Below the pieces are notes generated by a model. That model made no database searches. It was not told where the DNA came from and worked only from the letters and a program-made list of their open reading frames with translations. From the UHGV virus genome UHGV-0104471: a DNA stretch of 41,822 bases. One strand, 5' to 3'. The translations under genes were made by a program, and so were the position numbers. Position 1 is the stretch's first letter, and each line of letters begins with the position of its first letter. Positions 8,699-19,931 of this stretch are shown here, piece after piece. Origin of the DNA: a virus.

Positions 8699-9139
8699 TT
8701 AAAACTCCCCGAGAACCTGGTCAATCTTGCCGCAGTCAAACACCCACGGCATCTTATTACCGGTTTTAGCGTTGGCATTATCCGGTTGTTTCTGGAACGC
8801 AACACTACGTGCCGTGATGATGTCGCCGCTGACCTTGTTTCGGATCACAATAACGTTATTCCCCCATGTGGCAGAAGACTGGCTCTGTGCGTTATACGCC
8901 AGCGACAATTTTTTATTTGTCGGTGATGTCATCAGAAGGTTAACGGTAATCGTCCCGCTTTTATCTGCATGGAGACTGTGCATCACTTCGCCATCAGCAC
9001 CGATGGTCATGGTGTTTTTAGGACCGCCCATCGCAACCACAATCCCCTCTTCAGAACTTGCAGAACCGTACCCGAGGTCAATCGAACCGGTCGGCCCGGT
9101 CAGCGTCGCAGTGACATCCATAAAAGAATAGGTAGACAT
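8699..9139 (-). CDS. tail tube protein, 146 aa
   Basis: Size and position between sheath-like and chaperone genes. Confidence 0.5.
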   Translation of the reverse strand: MSTYSFMDVTATLTGPTGSIDLGYGSASSEEGIVVAMGGPKNTMTIGADGEVMHSLHADKSGTITVNLLMTSPTNKKLSLAYNAQSQSSATWGNNVIVIRNKVSGDIITARSVAFQKQPDNANAKTGNKMPWVFDCGKIDQVLGEF

Positions 9140-9149
9140 TCACTTCCCC

Positions 9150-10295
9150 TTAGCGAACAACGTTAATCTGTACGTCAGCGTAATGAACCGCGCCAGCCAG
9201 CTTACAGGCCACCTGGATTAACGGTGCTTTGCGCGCTTCGCGGTCGGCCTGCGCCTGTTCGGACAGCGGTTGCGCATACACGTAATAGCCTTTGGTCAGC
9301 GTATCGCCGGAATTCAGCTGTCCGATAGGGCCACCATTCCACACGCCAGTAGCTACCAGACCGTTCGTGACGGACTGATCCATGGATTGTTCAACGTTGG
9401 AAAGCAGACGGGTCACACCGGCATCAGTCTGCGGAATTTTGGTGGTGCTGGTGTAAAGCAGGTTATAGAGGTTGGTCTGAACGTAGTTCTGCAACCAATC
9501 GAGCCCGTGGCGCTCGTCGAAGAAGTCACCGTTCGCCATGACACCCTGTTGCAGGATCGCCGTGTCGTTGGCGTAGTACACGAACACATTGCAGTTTTTT
9601 GCATCAAGTGCCGATGCCTGGCTGACTGTCAGTGTTTCATACCCGACACCCGGCTCCTGCTTAAACTTGAGCGTAATCGCGGTATTACTGCCATTGAAAT
9701 TAACCGTGAATGCCCGGCCAAATGCAGATAACGCAGCGTATTTACTACCCGATGAATATTGAATAAAACTGCGTGAATATCCGGCGGTTTTCAGTTTTGA
9801 TGCCAAATCATCGCTGGATGCAGTCTGCAGGCATTTCTCATCGCTTGTCGTAATCGCCAGAATACGGCTTACAGAAGAGGATTCGATCGCCGCAGCCACT
9901 TTCAGCCAGTCTGCATCCGGAATATCTTCATCGTCTGCAATCCCCAGCCCATACCATGAAGTATAATCGAGCATGGCATTCACAGCCTGCTCCAGCGTCT
10001 CAGGCGTGGCCTGTTCGCTGTCTCCCTTCGTTTTCACCCAACGACCAACAAAAACCTCCTGAGGTTTCGGTGATTGTGAGAAAAACACCTGCGCAGCCTT
10101 ATATTCTGGTGATTCCACGCCAAAATCTTTTCCAATATCTTCCGCGGCAGAATAACGGCGAATGCGCTCACTTACCGGAATGATTGTGGACGGGCCGAGA
10201 ATGAGTAATGCACCAAAATTTCGCCCTGATGCTGCACGCGGCGACATGATCACATCAACATTAACAACGTTTGATACAGGCAAGCCCTGTGCCAT
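9150..10295 (-). CDS. tail sheath protein, 381 aa
   Basis: Size and position upstream of tube, chaperone and tape measure genes (contractile tail order). Confidence 0.5.
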   Translation of the reverse strand: MAQGLPVSNVVNVDVIMSPRAASGRNFGALLILGPSTIIPVSERIRRYSAAEDIGKDFGVESPEYKAAQVFFSQSPKPQEVFVGRWVKTKGDSEQATPETLEQAVNAMLDYTSWYGLGIADDEDIPDADWLKVAAAIESSSVSRILAITTSDEKCLQTASSDDLASKLKTAGYSRSFIQYSSGSKYAALSAFGRAFTVNFNGSNTAITLKFKQEPGVGYETLTVSQASALDAKNCNVFVYYANDTAILQQGVMANGDFFDERHGLDWLQNYVQTNLYNLLYTSTTKIPQTDAGVTRLLSNVEQSMDQSVTNGLVATGVWNGGPIGQLNSGDTLTKGYYVYAQPLSEQAQADREARKAPLIQVACKLAGAVHYADVQINVVR

Positions 10296-10298
10296 AGC

Positions 10299-10907
10299 TT
10301 AATCTCCGAAAAAGATGACTGGTGCTTCCACCAGCGATTTAATACCGTACTCGCGCACAACCTTCCGGCGCAGACGCACCGTCATATCGTAGCGGCGGAC
10401 CCATTGCTGATTAATAAGTTCAGGGAAGGGAGTCAGACCTGTGTAATCGCCAAGAGACAGCCCCAGCGCATTCAGTGCTGCGTTGTTCTGCGGTACAGAT
10501 ATACCGTCACGAAACCGTGACGCATACACCATCCCCGCTGGTCCATAAAACGAAGCCATACACTCAATCGTTTCATGCCGCCAGAGCTGAGAGCCATCAT
10601 CGGTCTGTCTGGTGAATGCCGGACTGTCATCACCTGACCATCCGATAACCCCAAACGCACACCAGTTCGTTTCAACCGGTAGCAGTGGCGGCTGCTCTTT
10701 CTGCCAGCGCGGGCGAACCATCCCGGCAGACAGGCCGGAAACGTTACGCATCCACTGGCTTAACAGCCTGTCGAGCGCTTCGTCATAATCCGGATCGCCA
10801 CTGGTTGGTATTAACCATCCGCGCTCTGTGCTGGTGTTATTGCTCAACCGGAATTCCCCCATCAAACGGCAGCAACTCACAATGCGCCTGAACGAATCCG
10901 GCACCAT
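10299..10907 (-). CDS. hypothetical head-tail joining / tail completion protein
   Basis: Track ORF; start uncertain (ATG at 10907 or 10862, neither with a clear SD). Confidence 0.35.
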   Translation of the reverse strand: MVPDSFRRIVSCCRLMGEFRLSNNTSTERGWLIPTSGDPDYDEALDRLLSQWMRNVSGLSAGMVRPRWQKEQPPLLPVETNWCAFGVIGWSGDDSPAFTRQTDDGSQLWRHETIECMASFYGPAGMVYASRFRDGISVPQNNAALNALGLSLGDYTGLTPFPELINQQWVRRYDMTVRLRRKVVREYGIKSLVEAPVIFFGD

Positions 10908-11226
10908 ACGCTGTATACGGGTCGACGAAAGTCACACGATAATCACGGCCCTGATACGTCACGATATCGGCATCACGGCCAGTCTGCCCCTGTGTCAGCC
11001 GCTCAGTTGTCACGATAAGAATCGCGCCACTGATAACTTGCCCGGACTGCATACGGCGGTTTTCCAGAGAGCGATCAACAGTTACGACTCCGGCAAACTG
11101 CTTTTTAACTTCGCTGTCGCTGCCGATCCCATCCTCATCCACCGTTTGCACACGGCGTGTTACCCACAAATTGAAGTCGCAAAAATCGGGGTCAAAAAGC
11201 ACATCTGTTACATCAAGAGTCGGCAT
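10837..11226 (-). CDS. hypothetical head-tail protein, 129 aa
   Basis: Track ORF in the head-tail connector region. Confidence 0.4.
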   Translation of the reverse strand: MPTLDVTDVLFDPDFCDFNLWVTRRVQTVDEDGIGSDSEVKKQFAGVVTVDRSLENRRMQSGQVISGAILIVTTERLTQGQTGRDADIVTYQGRDYRVTFVDPYTAYGAGFVQAHCELLPFDGGIPVEQ

Positions 11227-11767
11227 CTTTATCCCTCACAACATGGGTAATAGCTCTGCGATATTGCCCGGTGTCAATTAATGGTTTCGCCAGATCGGTT
11301 CCGGGAGATTCGCCAGCAACACGCCGGGCAAGTTCCAGTGTTGCCCCCTTGCGCCCCCGACGAGCCCGGGCTTCAACGGTGCTATCAGCAAGCGGCGTAA
11401 AGCCGGTAATGGTCATGTAACGCCTGACGCCATTAACGGCCAGCGTTCCGGCACGGTTGAGTGCGCTTTCTGCTCCCGCAGCATTACCATCAAGTGCAGC
11501 CTGCGCCGCGGCTTTGAGTTGCGGCACCGTCTGCTCTTCTGCCGATTTAACGCCGGGGACCAGGTGAGGTCGTGGCGGGATGTTCTGCTCTGGTGAGCCG
11601 TATTCGTTGAGGTAACCGATGCCCGCATTACCAAACGGAACATCATCCCGCTCGCTGTCTTCCGAAGGGATGCCGACCAGCACATCTTTTTTGGTTAACG
11701 ACCTGAGCGCATCCAGAATGGCCTTAGCGTTATCCACCCTCGTTGTTACACCGCTTTTGAAACTCAT
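11213..11767 (-). CDS. hypothetical head completion / virion morphogenesis protein, 184 aa
   Basis: Track ORF; synteny. Confidence 0.4.
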   Translation of the reverse strand: MSFKSGVTTRVDNAKAILDALRSLTKKDVLVGIPSEDSERDDVPFGNAGIGYLNEYGSPEQNIPPRPHLVPGVKSAEEQTVPQLKAAAQAALDGNAAGAESALNRAGTLAVNGVRRYMTITGFTPLADSTVEARARRGRKGATLELARRVAGESPGTDLAKPLIDTGQYRRAITHVVRDKDADS

Positions 11768-12171
11768 AGCTGGCGACCACCTGCACCGAACATCGTGATC
11801 AACTGATAAAATTCAGCGCCATATCGGGTGTTATTCCAGAAACCTGCATCAGGATTCAGCGTCGCGCTGGTGTCATAGCTGACGCTTACCTTGTCAATGG
11901 ACTTAGAGGACTGAACACCATTGGTTGAACCGCCCGGGCCGCCAACCAGCATCGCCCGACTATCTGCCGCCCAGAGCGTCATGTAGTGCGCAACGAACAA
12001 TCCGGCAAAGTACGGAAACAACTTTTTGCCGGTGACGTTTTCACTCAGCAGTTCATCGGCCAGATTCAGACGAAACTGGATTTGCGCTTCGGGATATTTG
12101 GCAGGGTCAGCAAACTGCGGGAAGTCGCGGCGAAAATCACTTACCGCTGGCAGACTTTGATTCTTTGGCAT
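11764..12171 (-). CDS. hypothetical head-tail connector protein, 135 aa
   Basis: Track ORF; ATGA coupling with the downstream gene. Confidence 0.4.
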   Translation of the reverse strand: MPKNQSLPAVSDFRRDFPQFADPAKYPEAQIQFRLNLADELLSENVTGKKLFPYFAGLFVAHYMTLWAADSRAMLVGGPGGSTNGVQSSKSIDKVSVSYDTSATLNPDAGFWNNTRYGAEFYQLITMFGAGGRQL

Positions 12172-12358
12172 TTTTTACCTCGTTACGCGCGTCTGTGGCT
12201 TTGCCAACGGATACTTCCGCGTGCGCACGAGTGAACCAGTGCGTGGCAACGTCTTCCTCCACAGCATGACGGCCTTTAACAAACTCGCGCCGTGAACAGT
12301 CGGGAAGCGTGAGCACAAACGGGGTATGTACGTGTATTACTGCATTATTTTTTGCCAT
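12137..12358 (-). CDS. small hypothetical protein, 73 aa
   Basis: Track ORF between capsid and connector genes. Confidence 0.3.
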   Translation of the reverse strand: MAKNNAVIHVHTPFVLTLPDCSRREFVKGRHAVEEDVATHWFTRAHAEVSVGKATDARNEVKNAKESKSASGK

Positions 12359-12399
12359 CGGGTCATCCTTAATGGCCCCGCCAAGGGGCCATGTGGCTG

Positions 12400-13341
12400 T
12401 TAAATGCCATCAACGTACGAAATGGTTTCTTTGTACACTGGCTCGACTGCACCCAGCTTGCCGTAGTAAGTGACGATCTGATACAGACCGCGATACTGCA
12501 CCGGCACGCTCTGAAGCGGAACCAGCGGGTAGCGGACGTATTTTTTATCGTTGGTGTACGCAACCATGCGATCCTTATTCCCCACACCACGGCCTTTCAG
12601 CCATTTAACCGCGCGGATATTCAGCGGAACACCGTTCTGGTGATAGCTGATGGTGTTGGTCTGAAGGTACGTCAACAGGGACTGGTTACCCGCAGATGAA
12701 ACGATGATGCTGGACAACAGAGCAAACTGCTCAGGCGGGATCAGCAAATCACGCGGAACCACAGAGTAACCGGAAGCGGCCCACGCATCAGACAGCACCT
12801 GGTTAATGCTTGCGCGGATTTCGTCCGGTGTTGAGGTTGCCCACGTTTTGGCAGCGTTGTTGACAGGAACACCGTTCAGGGTAACAAGGCCTTTCAGGTT
12901 TAATGCGGAATCACCAACATACACCTGTTCATCGTTATCCATCTGCCATTTCAGTTGCATCCCGTCATACTTCTGCGTATCAATCGGGCGTCCGACCTGC
13001 TGAGCAGCCTGCAATTCTATGACCGTCCAGCCCAGTTCCATCCCCCACAGGTTCAGCGGGTTACCGGATTTGCCGATATCCACGTTCACGCCAGCAATAG
13101 CGGTTGAGTCTTTGCCTACCCAGTTTTTGCCATTCGGATTTGCGCCAGTACCCGCAGCGGCGAAGCTGGTATTCGTCCAGCTGGAAATGTCATCTGCGAT
13201 GGAGACATCTTCACGCAACTGAATATCGCGGGTCCAGGTGTACCCCACCAGTGGCAGGTTCAGCGTCTGGTCGAGTCGCTCCAGCTCCCCGATGAGAAAG
13301 GCACCAGAGCTGTCAACGGTTGCCTGATCAAAAGTAATCAT
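12400..13341 (-). CDS. major capsid protein (putative), 313 aa
   Basis: Size and position after the protease/scaffold-like and small structural genes. Confidence 0.55.
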   Translation of the reverse strand: MITFDQATVDSSGAFLIGELERLDQTLNLPLVGYTWTRDIQLREDVSIADDISSWTNTSFAAAGTGANPNGKNWVGKDSTAIAGVNVDIGKSGNPLNLWGMELGWTVIELQAAQQVGRPIDTQKYDGMQLKWQMDNDEQVYVGDSALNLKGLVTLNGVPVNNAAKTWATSTPDEIRASINQVLSDAWAASGYSVVPRDLLIPPEQFALLSSIIVSSAGNQSLLTYLQTNTISYHQNGVPLNIRAVKWLKGRGVGNKDRMVAYTNDKKYVRYPLVPLQSVPVQYRGLYQIVTYYGKLGAVEPVYKETISYVDGI

Positions 13342-13352
13342 TCGTCTGTTCC

Positions 13353-13856
13353 TTAAATCTTCCAGGAAATTTCTGCATTGCCGTTAGCATCACCGGCACC
13401 TGTGAATTCAGCGTTGGTCAGCACCACATTTTTGCCACTGACTGACGTGGACATGAATCCACCCAGCGGCACTTTGATGGATTCATCAGTGGAGACGACA
13501 ACGTATACCGGGTCGCCTTTTTTGATGGTGCTGGCATCAAAATCAGAACCGAGATTAACGGTCACGTAGCCACGCTTCATGGCGTCGCCCGGGAAGTTCT
13601 TGCCACTCCCCACCTGGAGAACCATGTCCGGCTGCGACGTGGTCGGATAAGGGCGCACATAGATCCCCTTCACCTTGTCTGCGGTATCACCATCTGCCAG
13701 CGGTACGAAAAAACCGTCAGCATCGTATTTACCAGCCAGCCCATAGGCAGCAAAGGCGTTATCGGATTTAAGGACCACCGGTTCGACGGTTAAGTCCTGC
13801 GGGCGAGAGATAGCCCCGGCAATGCCAACAGGCATCCGGTACAGATATGCAGTCAT
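13353..13856 (-). CDS. head structural / decoration-like protein, 167 aa
   Basis: Position between scaffold-like gene and major capsid gene. Confidence 0.4.
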   Translation of the reverse strand: MTAYLYRMPVGIAGAISRPQDLTVEPVVLKSDNAFAAYGLAGKYDADGFFVPLADGDTADKVKGIYVRPYPTTSQPDMVLQVGSGKNFPGDAMKRGYVTVNLGSDFDASTIKKGDPVYVVVSTDESIKVPLGGFMSTSVSGKNVVLTNAEFTGAGDANGNAEISWKI

Positions 13857-13860
13857 TGGA

Positions 13861-15093
13861 TTATCCTTTGCGGTTAGACCAGAATTCGGCGTTTTGTTTG
13901 TTCAGGGAAGCGATGCTGGTCATGCCCATATTTTGGCGTTGTGCATCGCCCATGGTGGTACGGGTGTTTCGCCCTTTGGCAATCTCTGACACGGCATTAA
14001 ACGCCATGTTGACCGATTGCTTGGGCAATTTGCGGATATCCGCATCACCGACAACCTGGCGAACCAGTGTTTTGTCAGCGGCAGCCAGCACATCACGTTT
14101 GAACGCGGTCGGTTTCACCTTACGGCTCAGATCGATACCCGGGACGATAACCTCGGCACGATAGGCAGAGTCACCGGTAATCGTGGTTTCCTCTTCGTCG
14201 TCCTCGCCATCGCCGGTCGGATCTTTTTTGTCTTTTTCGTCAGGCTTATTGTCGTTATCGCACGTCGCATTTCCTTCCAGCTTAGCCAGCAGGGCTTTGA
14301 GCAAGGTTTTGATATCGTCCTCGCCGTCGCCGGTTGGACCTCCGCACATCTCTGGTGCTTTGTCCGGTAGCGGTTGCTGCGGGGACAGGTTGATGTTGAG
14401 ATTAACGCCCTGCGGCAAATCCCCCTCATCTCCTGTAACCGATGCGGGAGCCGACTCCACCAGTTCGTTCATGGTGTCAGCGTCACCCGTTTTGATGGCC
14501 GTGCGCATGCGGGTCCACCAGCTTTTCTTTTGATTTGCCATTGTGTCTCTGTCTCCAATTGCACAACGATTTCCGGCTCTGCCTTTAGGGACAAGAGCCA
14601 CATGGTTTCCGGTAATATCGACCTGCTCAGCTTTACCTAGCTCGGTCTGCTCGTACTCCGCGTCATAGCCGCACGACACTTCGCGCAGGCCATCTTCGAT
14701 AAGCTGAATGGCGTTTTCGTCTTTGACGATAAGGTCAGCCAGCATCAAATCAGACTGCTTACCCGTCCCGCGCCGGACATTCTGGAGGTGCCCGACAGCA
14801 AGCTCTTTCCAGTTCTCGGGATTTACCAGCCGCACATTCCCGTTTTCATCTTCAGGATGCAGAATCGTGATGCTCATCCCTTCGAATGAGGCAAGCGTGG
14901 CCGGATGGAATACCTGCTCAGGAGAACGCGTGACGACTATTTCACCGAACTTATCGGGTTTCAGTTTTGGCAGGTCATCAGCACCATAGAGCTGCTTACC
15001 TGTTCGTCCTATCGGCACGTCTCTGCACAGCAACGAGCCGTCAGCCAGCTGATAGCGGGTTTCCCCCAGCCGGGTATTGAAAAAATATTTCAT
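13861..15093 (-). CDS. prohead protease / scaffolding-like protein, 410 aa
   Basis: Position after the MuF-like gene; acidic C-terminal half with a direct repeat encoding PTGDGEDD twice. Confidence 0.4.
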   Translation of the reverse strand: MKYFFNTRLGETRYQLADGSLLCRDVPIGRTGKQLYGADDLPKLKPDKFGEIVVTRSPEQVFHPATLASFEGMSITILHPEDENGNVRLVNPENWKELAVGHLQNVRRGTGKQSDLMLADLIVKDENAIQLIEDGLREVSCGYDAEYEQTELGKAEQVDITGNHVALVPKGRAGNRCAIGDRDTMANQKKSWWTRMRTAIKTGDADTMNELVESAPASVTGDEGDLPQGVNLNINLSPQQPLPDKAPEMCGGPTGDGEDDIKTLLKALLAKLEGNATCDNDNKPDEKDKKDPTGDGEDDEEETTITGDSAYRAEVIVPGIDLSRKVKPTAFKRDVLAAADKTLVRQVVGDADIRKLPKQSVNMAFNAVSEIAKGRNTRTTMGDAQRQNMGMTSIASLNKQNAEFWSNRKG

Positions 15094-15107
15094 GTGTTAC
15101 CTGCGAT

Positions 15108-15881
15108 TCAGGCGGGATAAGATTGGGAGGTGGGAAAAACGATTTCTTTATAACAGCGACAATTCGGGAGCTCGCCAGCGTGGCCTGTCATGCCGTCAAG
15201 CGTTGGAGGTTTGCCCCATTCGACAAATTTACCTTCCATTTCCCGATGAGAATGCCTGACGTCACCATCTTCGGCTGTACGCCAGATATAACCATTCGAA
15301 CCAATTGACAGCGCACGCGCCTGATCCAGCGCGCCGGTTGCACGTCCAAGTTCAGTACGGGCAATCAGGTCAGCTCTGGACTTTGCTATATCACCCGATG
15401 CGGCTATTTCTTTAGCAAAATATTCTGCTCTCCCACCGGTCACAACAGCTTCTGTCGCCCGATTCTGGATGTCGTACACCCTGTCAGCCGCCTCGAGGGG
15501 GAGCGATTTGATGTACTTGACCTGTTCGGCGATGATGGATTGCATCACCTGGCCCACAGGAGCGCTTTCCACAAGATTGCGGAGCTCGCGACTGATGTTC
15601 TTGCTGTGTTGCCGCCAAACTTTCTCGTTCTGCCGGGTTAGGTCCGCAGTAAAGTTTTCCGCGACCTTTGTCGCCCAGGGGGTGATGATTTCACTGTAGC
15701 GTTCCAGCGCCTCAATAATTTCCGTGATACTGTCATTTGAACCATCGTAGCGACCATTTACGATGTCTCCGACCGCCCGCGCTATCTGCCGTAGGCTCGT
15801 TCGATATCGGATCTCCGCCTGGCGGCTCTGGCGGTTTGTCGTCAAGTTCGCCGATGCCTGGCGGCGCTTCGTCTTCGGCAT
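15108..15881 (-). CDS. minor head protein, Mu F-like (SPP1 gp7 family)
   Basis: C-terminal motif NGYIWRT...DGDVRHSH...PNCRCY; true start may be downstream of the track ATG, which would reduce the overlap with portal. Confidence 0.65.
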   Translation of the reverse strand: MPKTKRRQASANLTTNRQSRQAEIRYRTSLRQIARAVGDIVNGRYDGSNDSITEIIEALERYSEIITPWATKVAENFTADLTRQNEKVWRQHSKNISRELRNLVESAPVGQVMQSIIAEQVKYIKSLPLEAADRVYDIQNRATEAVVTGGRAEYFAKEIAASGDIAKSRADLIARTELGRATGALDQARALSIGSNGYIWRTAEDGDVRHSHREMEGKFVEWGKPPTLDGMTGHAGELPNCRCYKEIVFPTSQSYPA

Positions 15882-17199
15882 TCTCGATATCCTCGTCGGT
15901 AATAGATGCCCCGATGCCGGTTACGTCAGAATTTTCGCGCAAATCAGTCATAGCGGCTTTCAGTGTCATCAGACCATCACCCAGCGCCGTACTGATTGCG
16001 TTGGTAGTGTTTAACGCCACCGTTGAGCGATCGACATCAGACATTTGCCAGAGCGGGTTAAACTCAAACGTGAAATCGTCCGGCAGCGGCTTGCCAAGCT
16101 CCGAACGATGCATGATGTCCAGTATCCGCCGCACCGGAAGACGTAAACGCCTCTCCTGTAACGAGCTTACCCGGTCGTAATAGTTGGCAAGGTCTGCATC
16201 GCCGGTAGAAAATCCTTTCGGGGACTGTCCGAACAACCGCACCAGTGGGATACCAACAGCGCCACTAATCTGCTCAGCGAACTGCGAAAGGATGTCATCC
16301 AGACCACTGAAGCTGTACTGATGGGTTTCAAACTTATCCCGCGAGTCCATGAGCGTCATGCCTTCATTGCTCTGGAACTGTCGAATCAGGTCGATATTCT
16401 TCAGCAACGCTTCATACGCAGGACCACCAAGTGCGATAAGCTCGCGTAGCTTCTCCACGCTGTAGGTACGCAAATGCGCCTTGTAGACCAGCTGCGCCGC
16501 GCCGACAGTAGCGCTGTCGAACGCGGTAAGACGATCCCAGATACGCTCTACAACCGACATTCCCCATTCGTTCTCGGTCATCTTCTGCTGGAATGGCAGC
16601 GTGACGCCATCAAAGCGAATCAGACGACTGTGATGAATGCGCCAGGCAGGAATTCCCGTTGCTGTGGTCACCACATCGTAAAACTCAGGTTTACCCAGGT
16701 CCGGCCCCATATCTTTAATGCGGCGGGTCAGCACTGGGTTAATCATCCAGCGGTCGAGCGGGAGAATGCCCTTAAACTTGCCTTCTCCAATGGTTTCGGG
16801 TCGCAGCGGGGTCATTGGTGCCTGCCCCTCAATCATGATGAAACCCACCGCGCCGCCGTAGAGACGCGACCATTTCAGCACGTCGTTCAGCGCATCCCAG
16901 ATTTGCAACTCATCCAGTTGTGATTCGAGAATGCCGCGATCTTTTGCATCAATTTCCGAAGTGATGCGAATGCCTTTGCGGGTCATATCATCCGGGATAG
17001 CATCGACCGCTTCGCCGATGATCCAGGACGAACGATAGGACCATTCCACCAGCATGCGGTTGCGACTGGTGAAGTTAGCCCGGTAGGTCGATGCTGAGTG
17101 CTGGTTAGGCGTCTGCATTCCCACGCGGGCGACAAAGTTCTCATAGCCATCAGCGGTGGCCTGCGCAGTTCTCCGCAGGGCTTGTTTGTTTCGTGCCAT
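15733..17199 (-). CDS. portal protein, 488 aa
   Basis: Size and position directly downstream of terminase large subunit (ATGA coupling at 17199); acidic C-terminus. Confidence 0.65.
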   Translation of the reverse strand: MARNKQALRRTAQATADGYENFVARVGMQTPNQHSASTYRANFTSRNRMLVEWSYRSSWIIGEAVDAIPDDMTRKGIRITSEIDAKDRGILESQLDELQIWDALNDVLKWSRLYGGAVGFIMIEGQAPMTPLRPETIGEGKFKGILPLDRWMINPVLTRRIKDMGPDLGKPEFYDVVTTATGIPAWRIHHSRLIRFDGVTLPFQQKMTENEWGMSVVERIWDRLTAFDSATVGAAQLVYKAHLRTYSVEKLRELIALGGPAYEALLKNIDLIRQFQSNEGMTLMDSRDKFETHQYSFSGLDDILSQFAEQISGAVGIPLVRLFGQSPKGFSTGDADLANYYDRVSSLQERRLRLPVRRILDIMHRSELGKPLPDDFTFEFNPLWQMSDVDRSTVALNTTNAISTALGDGLMTLKAAMTDLRENSDVTGIGASITDEDIENAEDEAPPGIGELDDKPPEPPGGDPISNEPTADSAGGRRHRKWSLRWFK

Positions 17200-18821
17200 C
17201 AGGCCTGTCTCCCTAGCAGCTCCCAGATGTTCAGGGCTGAATTCATTGGCGCGTAGCTGATCATCACCGAGTCGGCAAGGTTTGGCGACCGGGTTCCATC
17301 AGGCTGTTTATCAATAACGATTTTTCCCACACCATTAATGGAATAGGTCGGCTGCGAAAGCTCGATGATGAGTTTATCTTTGAGTGCCATGCCACTGCTG
17401 ATTGAGATGATTTCGTCCGGGTTGTAAGCCATACCTTCAATCACGGCGCGCCAGGTATTCTGAAAAAGTTTACGTAACCGCCACCAGCTCTGGGCTTTGG
17501 CGTTAGCGAAGAAGTCCTTGTTCAGACGTGCGGCTTGCCCGTTGTCACCGCGCACCGCTTCGTCGTCCGGATCAAACACCGCGCCGCTACCGCGAAACGG
17601 TGTAGCGAGTATTGACGGTCGACGCGCAGCGTTACGCTGTTCGTTGATAGCGCGTGCATCGCCGCGAACGCCAGCGCCCAGCCCGTCCTCATCAAAGCGA
17701 AACTCTTCGAGGTTGTCCTGTTCGCAAAAACCGAAGACCTTCTCGACGGACTGATAAATGTCGCTGCCCACACCGGACCATTCCCGCACATTCTCCAGGA
17801 GGAAGCCATGACGGGTGGAAAAGGCATTTTTGTCCCTGCCTTCGTCGGCGACATCCATCGCGCCAAGTCGTTTGCCTGTTGGCTGGATCCCCAGTTTGAT
17901 ATGTGCATCAACGGCAGCCTGTACCCATTCGGATGGAATCAGGACGCCTTCCGCTGATGCGCTGTAGTTCAGGTCAAGTTCCTGTGCCACCACCACCGGA
18001 TTATCGATTTTCTCGCATTCCCTGCGATACCACTCTTCATCCTTGCGAGGATCATCCCGCCAGTGGAATGTGAATACCGGTATCTTCCCGCCATGACGCT
18101 TCTGAGCGAACGGGTTCGCCATGCCGTTAACTGAACTCAGGTCGATACGGCAACGCGTCGTTTGTGACAACGCCGCATCAATCAGCAAAGGACGCTGAAG
18201 GAATGCAGCCTCATCAACCAGATAAAGCGTGGTACGGTCACCACGACCAATATTATCGCCAGCCTCGCCTTTGATAACGGCACCAGTTTCAGGAAACTCA
18301 ACACGCATATATGGCGCGTGCTTCTTCTCGCTCCACGAACCGCGAAACTCTACAGGTAGCGTTTCCACGAACTTGCGCGCCTTCCAGAACAACGCTTTCG
18401 GGTCACCAGTGCTGTCGACGTATTCCTCTTTACGGGAGCCGAAACCGATAACCATTTCTTTGTTGAAGAGACAAAGCGAGCAGGCCAGTCCGATCGCGGT
18501 CCAACTGAGCCCCATTTCACGGGATTTTTCGGTAATACCATTCTCCCGATTACCCCAGCGTTCCATAATCCAGTGGATCCACTCCTCCTGCTTAGGGAAG
18601 AGTAAAAACGGAATGGTCACCGGCAGGCCATAATCAATATTACGCGGGTCCGTTGTCATGCCCCAGTCGATGATGAACTGAGCCGGGTTGGTCCGGTAAA
18701 ACTGCTTCAATACGGGCAATATTTCAGGATTCTGGCGAATGCGCTGTAGGCGTTCCATCCGCCATTCAAAAACTATCTGGTAATCAGGATGTTTAAAATC
18801 GAAGGGGAATGGTAACGGCAT
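17199..18821 (-). CDS. terminase large subunit, 540 aa
   Basis: Size, position after the small subunit, Walker-B-like [10 protein letters not shown]. Confidence 0.8.
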   Translation of the reverse strand: MPLPFPFDFKHPDYQIVFEWRMERLQRIRQNPEILPVLKQFYRTNPAQFIIDWGMTTDPRNIDYGLPVTIPFLLFPKQEEWIHWIMERWGNRENGITEKSREMGLSWTAIGLACSLCLFNKEMVIGFGSRKEEYVDSTGDPKALFWKARKFVETLPVEFRGSWSEKKHAPYMRVEFPETGAVIKGEAGDNIGRGDRTTLYLVDEAAFLQRPLLIDAALSQTTRCRIDLSSVNGMANPFAQKRHGGKIPVFTFHWRDDPRKDEEWYRRECEKIDNPVVVAQELDLNYSASAEGVLIPSEWVQAAVDAHIKLGIQPTGKRLGAMDVADEGRDKNAFSTRHGFLLENVREWSGVGSDIYQSVEKVFGFCEQDNLEEFRFDEDGLGAGVRGDARAINEQRNAARRPSILATPFRGSGAVFDPDDEAVRGDNGQAARLNKDFFANAKAQSWWRLRKLFQNTWRAVIEGMAYNPDEIISISSGMALKDKLIIELSQPTYSINGVGKIVIDKQPDGTRSPNLADSVMISYAPMNSALNIWELLGRQA

Positions 18822-18823
18822 AC

Positions 18824-19375
18824 TTAGCCCATCATTTTTCTATACGCCTCTGCAGCCTGCTCCGGAGTTAAGTTGGTAATTTCTGTTCTGACTGGTCCTC
18901 CATCAGCGCCAGTCACTTCATTTTTGACGTTGTCTTTAAACGCCTGAACAGAAACATGACGCCCAAGCAACTCAAGGTTTTTAACCTTATCAGGCCATTT
19001 GATTTTCTTCAGGAGTGCGGCGCTATCTGCGGATACCATCTCCACGACATCCATTCCCGATAACGTTGTGCGCCATACCTTAGGCCAGTCTTTAATGGGT
19101 TTTAGCTCACCGTTTTGCAGGAGAATGTCAAGCACATCCATCTGGTCGATTTCAATAAGGCGATTAAGTACATATTCTGCATTAATACCAACAAGATCAT
19201 TGCGTTGCGCTTTCAGTTCGGCGATTCTTAACTTGATGTCAGGTTTTGACAGGTTTTCGGATGCGGTACGGTTAGCTGTCTTTGCGCTGTACCCCGCCCG
19301 AATAGCCGCTTGCGTGGCGTTTAAATCGATGAGGTACTCGCGACAGAACATTTCTTGCTTGTCGGTGAGTGCCAT
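18824..19375 (-). CDS. terminase small subunit, 183 aa
   Basis: N-terminus [30 protein letters not shown] matches the Terminase_2-type small subunit signature; directly upstream of TerL. Confidence 0.65.
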   Translation of the reverse strand: MALTDKQEMFCREYLIDLNATQAAIRAGYSAKTANRTASENLSKPDIKLRIAELKAQRNDLVGINAEYVLNRLIEIDQMDVLDILLQNGELKPIKDWPKVWRTTLSGMDVVEMVSADSAALLKKIKWPDKVKNLELLGRHVSVQAFKDNVKNEVTGADGGPVRTEITNLTPEQAAEAYRKMMG

Positions 19376-19399
19376 AGTTTTCTCTAGAGGGTTTCTTTA

Positions 19400-19636
19400 A
19401 TGAACTCAAAGCAAATTTTTTACCGAAATACAGGTCATGATAATGAAACTTATATATTCCTGGACAAATTGGACAATGGCTCCTACCAAGTCAGGGTTGG
19501 TCATTCGTCGCCTGTGAGCCATTTTGAATGGGAGGGTGATGAAACCATTCAGACAGTGGAAGAGTTTCTAGGTTCTAACCCATCATATACTGAACGTGTT
19601 CATCAACTAATTTCTGAGTTTGAAGCAGAATCGTAA
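19400..19636 (+). CDS. hypothetical protein, 78 aa, opposite strand to the late operon
   Basis: Track ORF between terminase and the Rha gene; AT-rich on inspection. Confidence 0.4.
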   Translation: MNSKQIFYRNTGHDNETYIFLDKLDNGSYQVRVGHSSPVSHFEWEGDETIQTVEEFLGSNPSYTERVHQLISEFEAES

Positions 19637-19931
19637 TCACCACCCAAGCGACTCAACTGATATCTAGTTCATCATTACTAGGACTAAAAGTAGATTCCTG
19701 ACATTGAGGGACCTCTTTATCCGCTTGTGGGGATATCAGTTAAGTTATCCCGTGTAGGGTATAAGCCATTGTCGAGACCACTCATTGAATGGTCTCTGCA
19801 ATAACCGATGTCTTTCCATCAGTCCGCCACCACAAAGAATCTTTTTTGCCATAATGCAGGAGGTTCATCTTTCAGTGGCTGCCAGTGTTATTTCCCCACT
19901 TACTGGCTTGGGTTGTTTCGCTGTACTGCCG

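Noticed and set aside
14183-14345. Direct DNA repeat in the scaffold-like gene (encoding PTGDGEDD twice) as a possible mobile or repeat element
   Set aside because: It is in frame within an acidic linker of one protein and looks like a simple internal duplication of coding sequence
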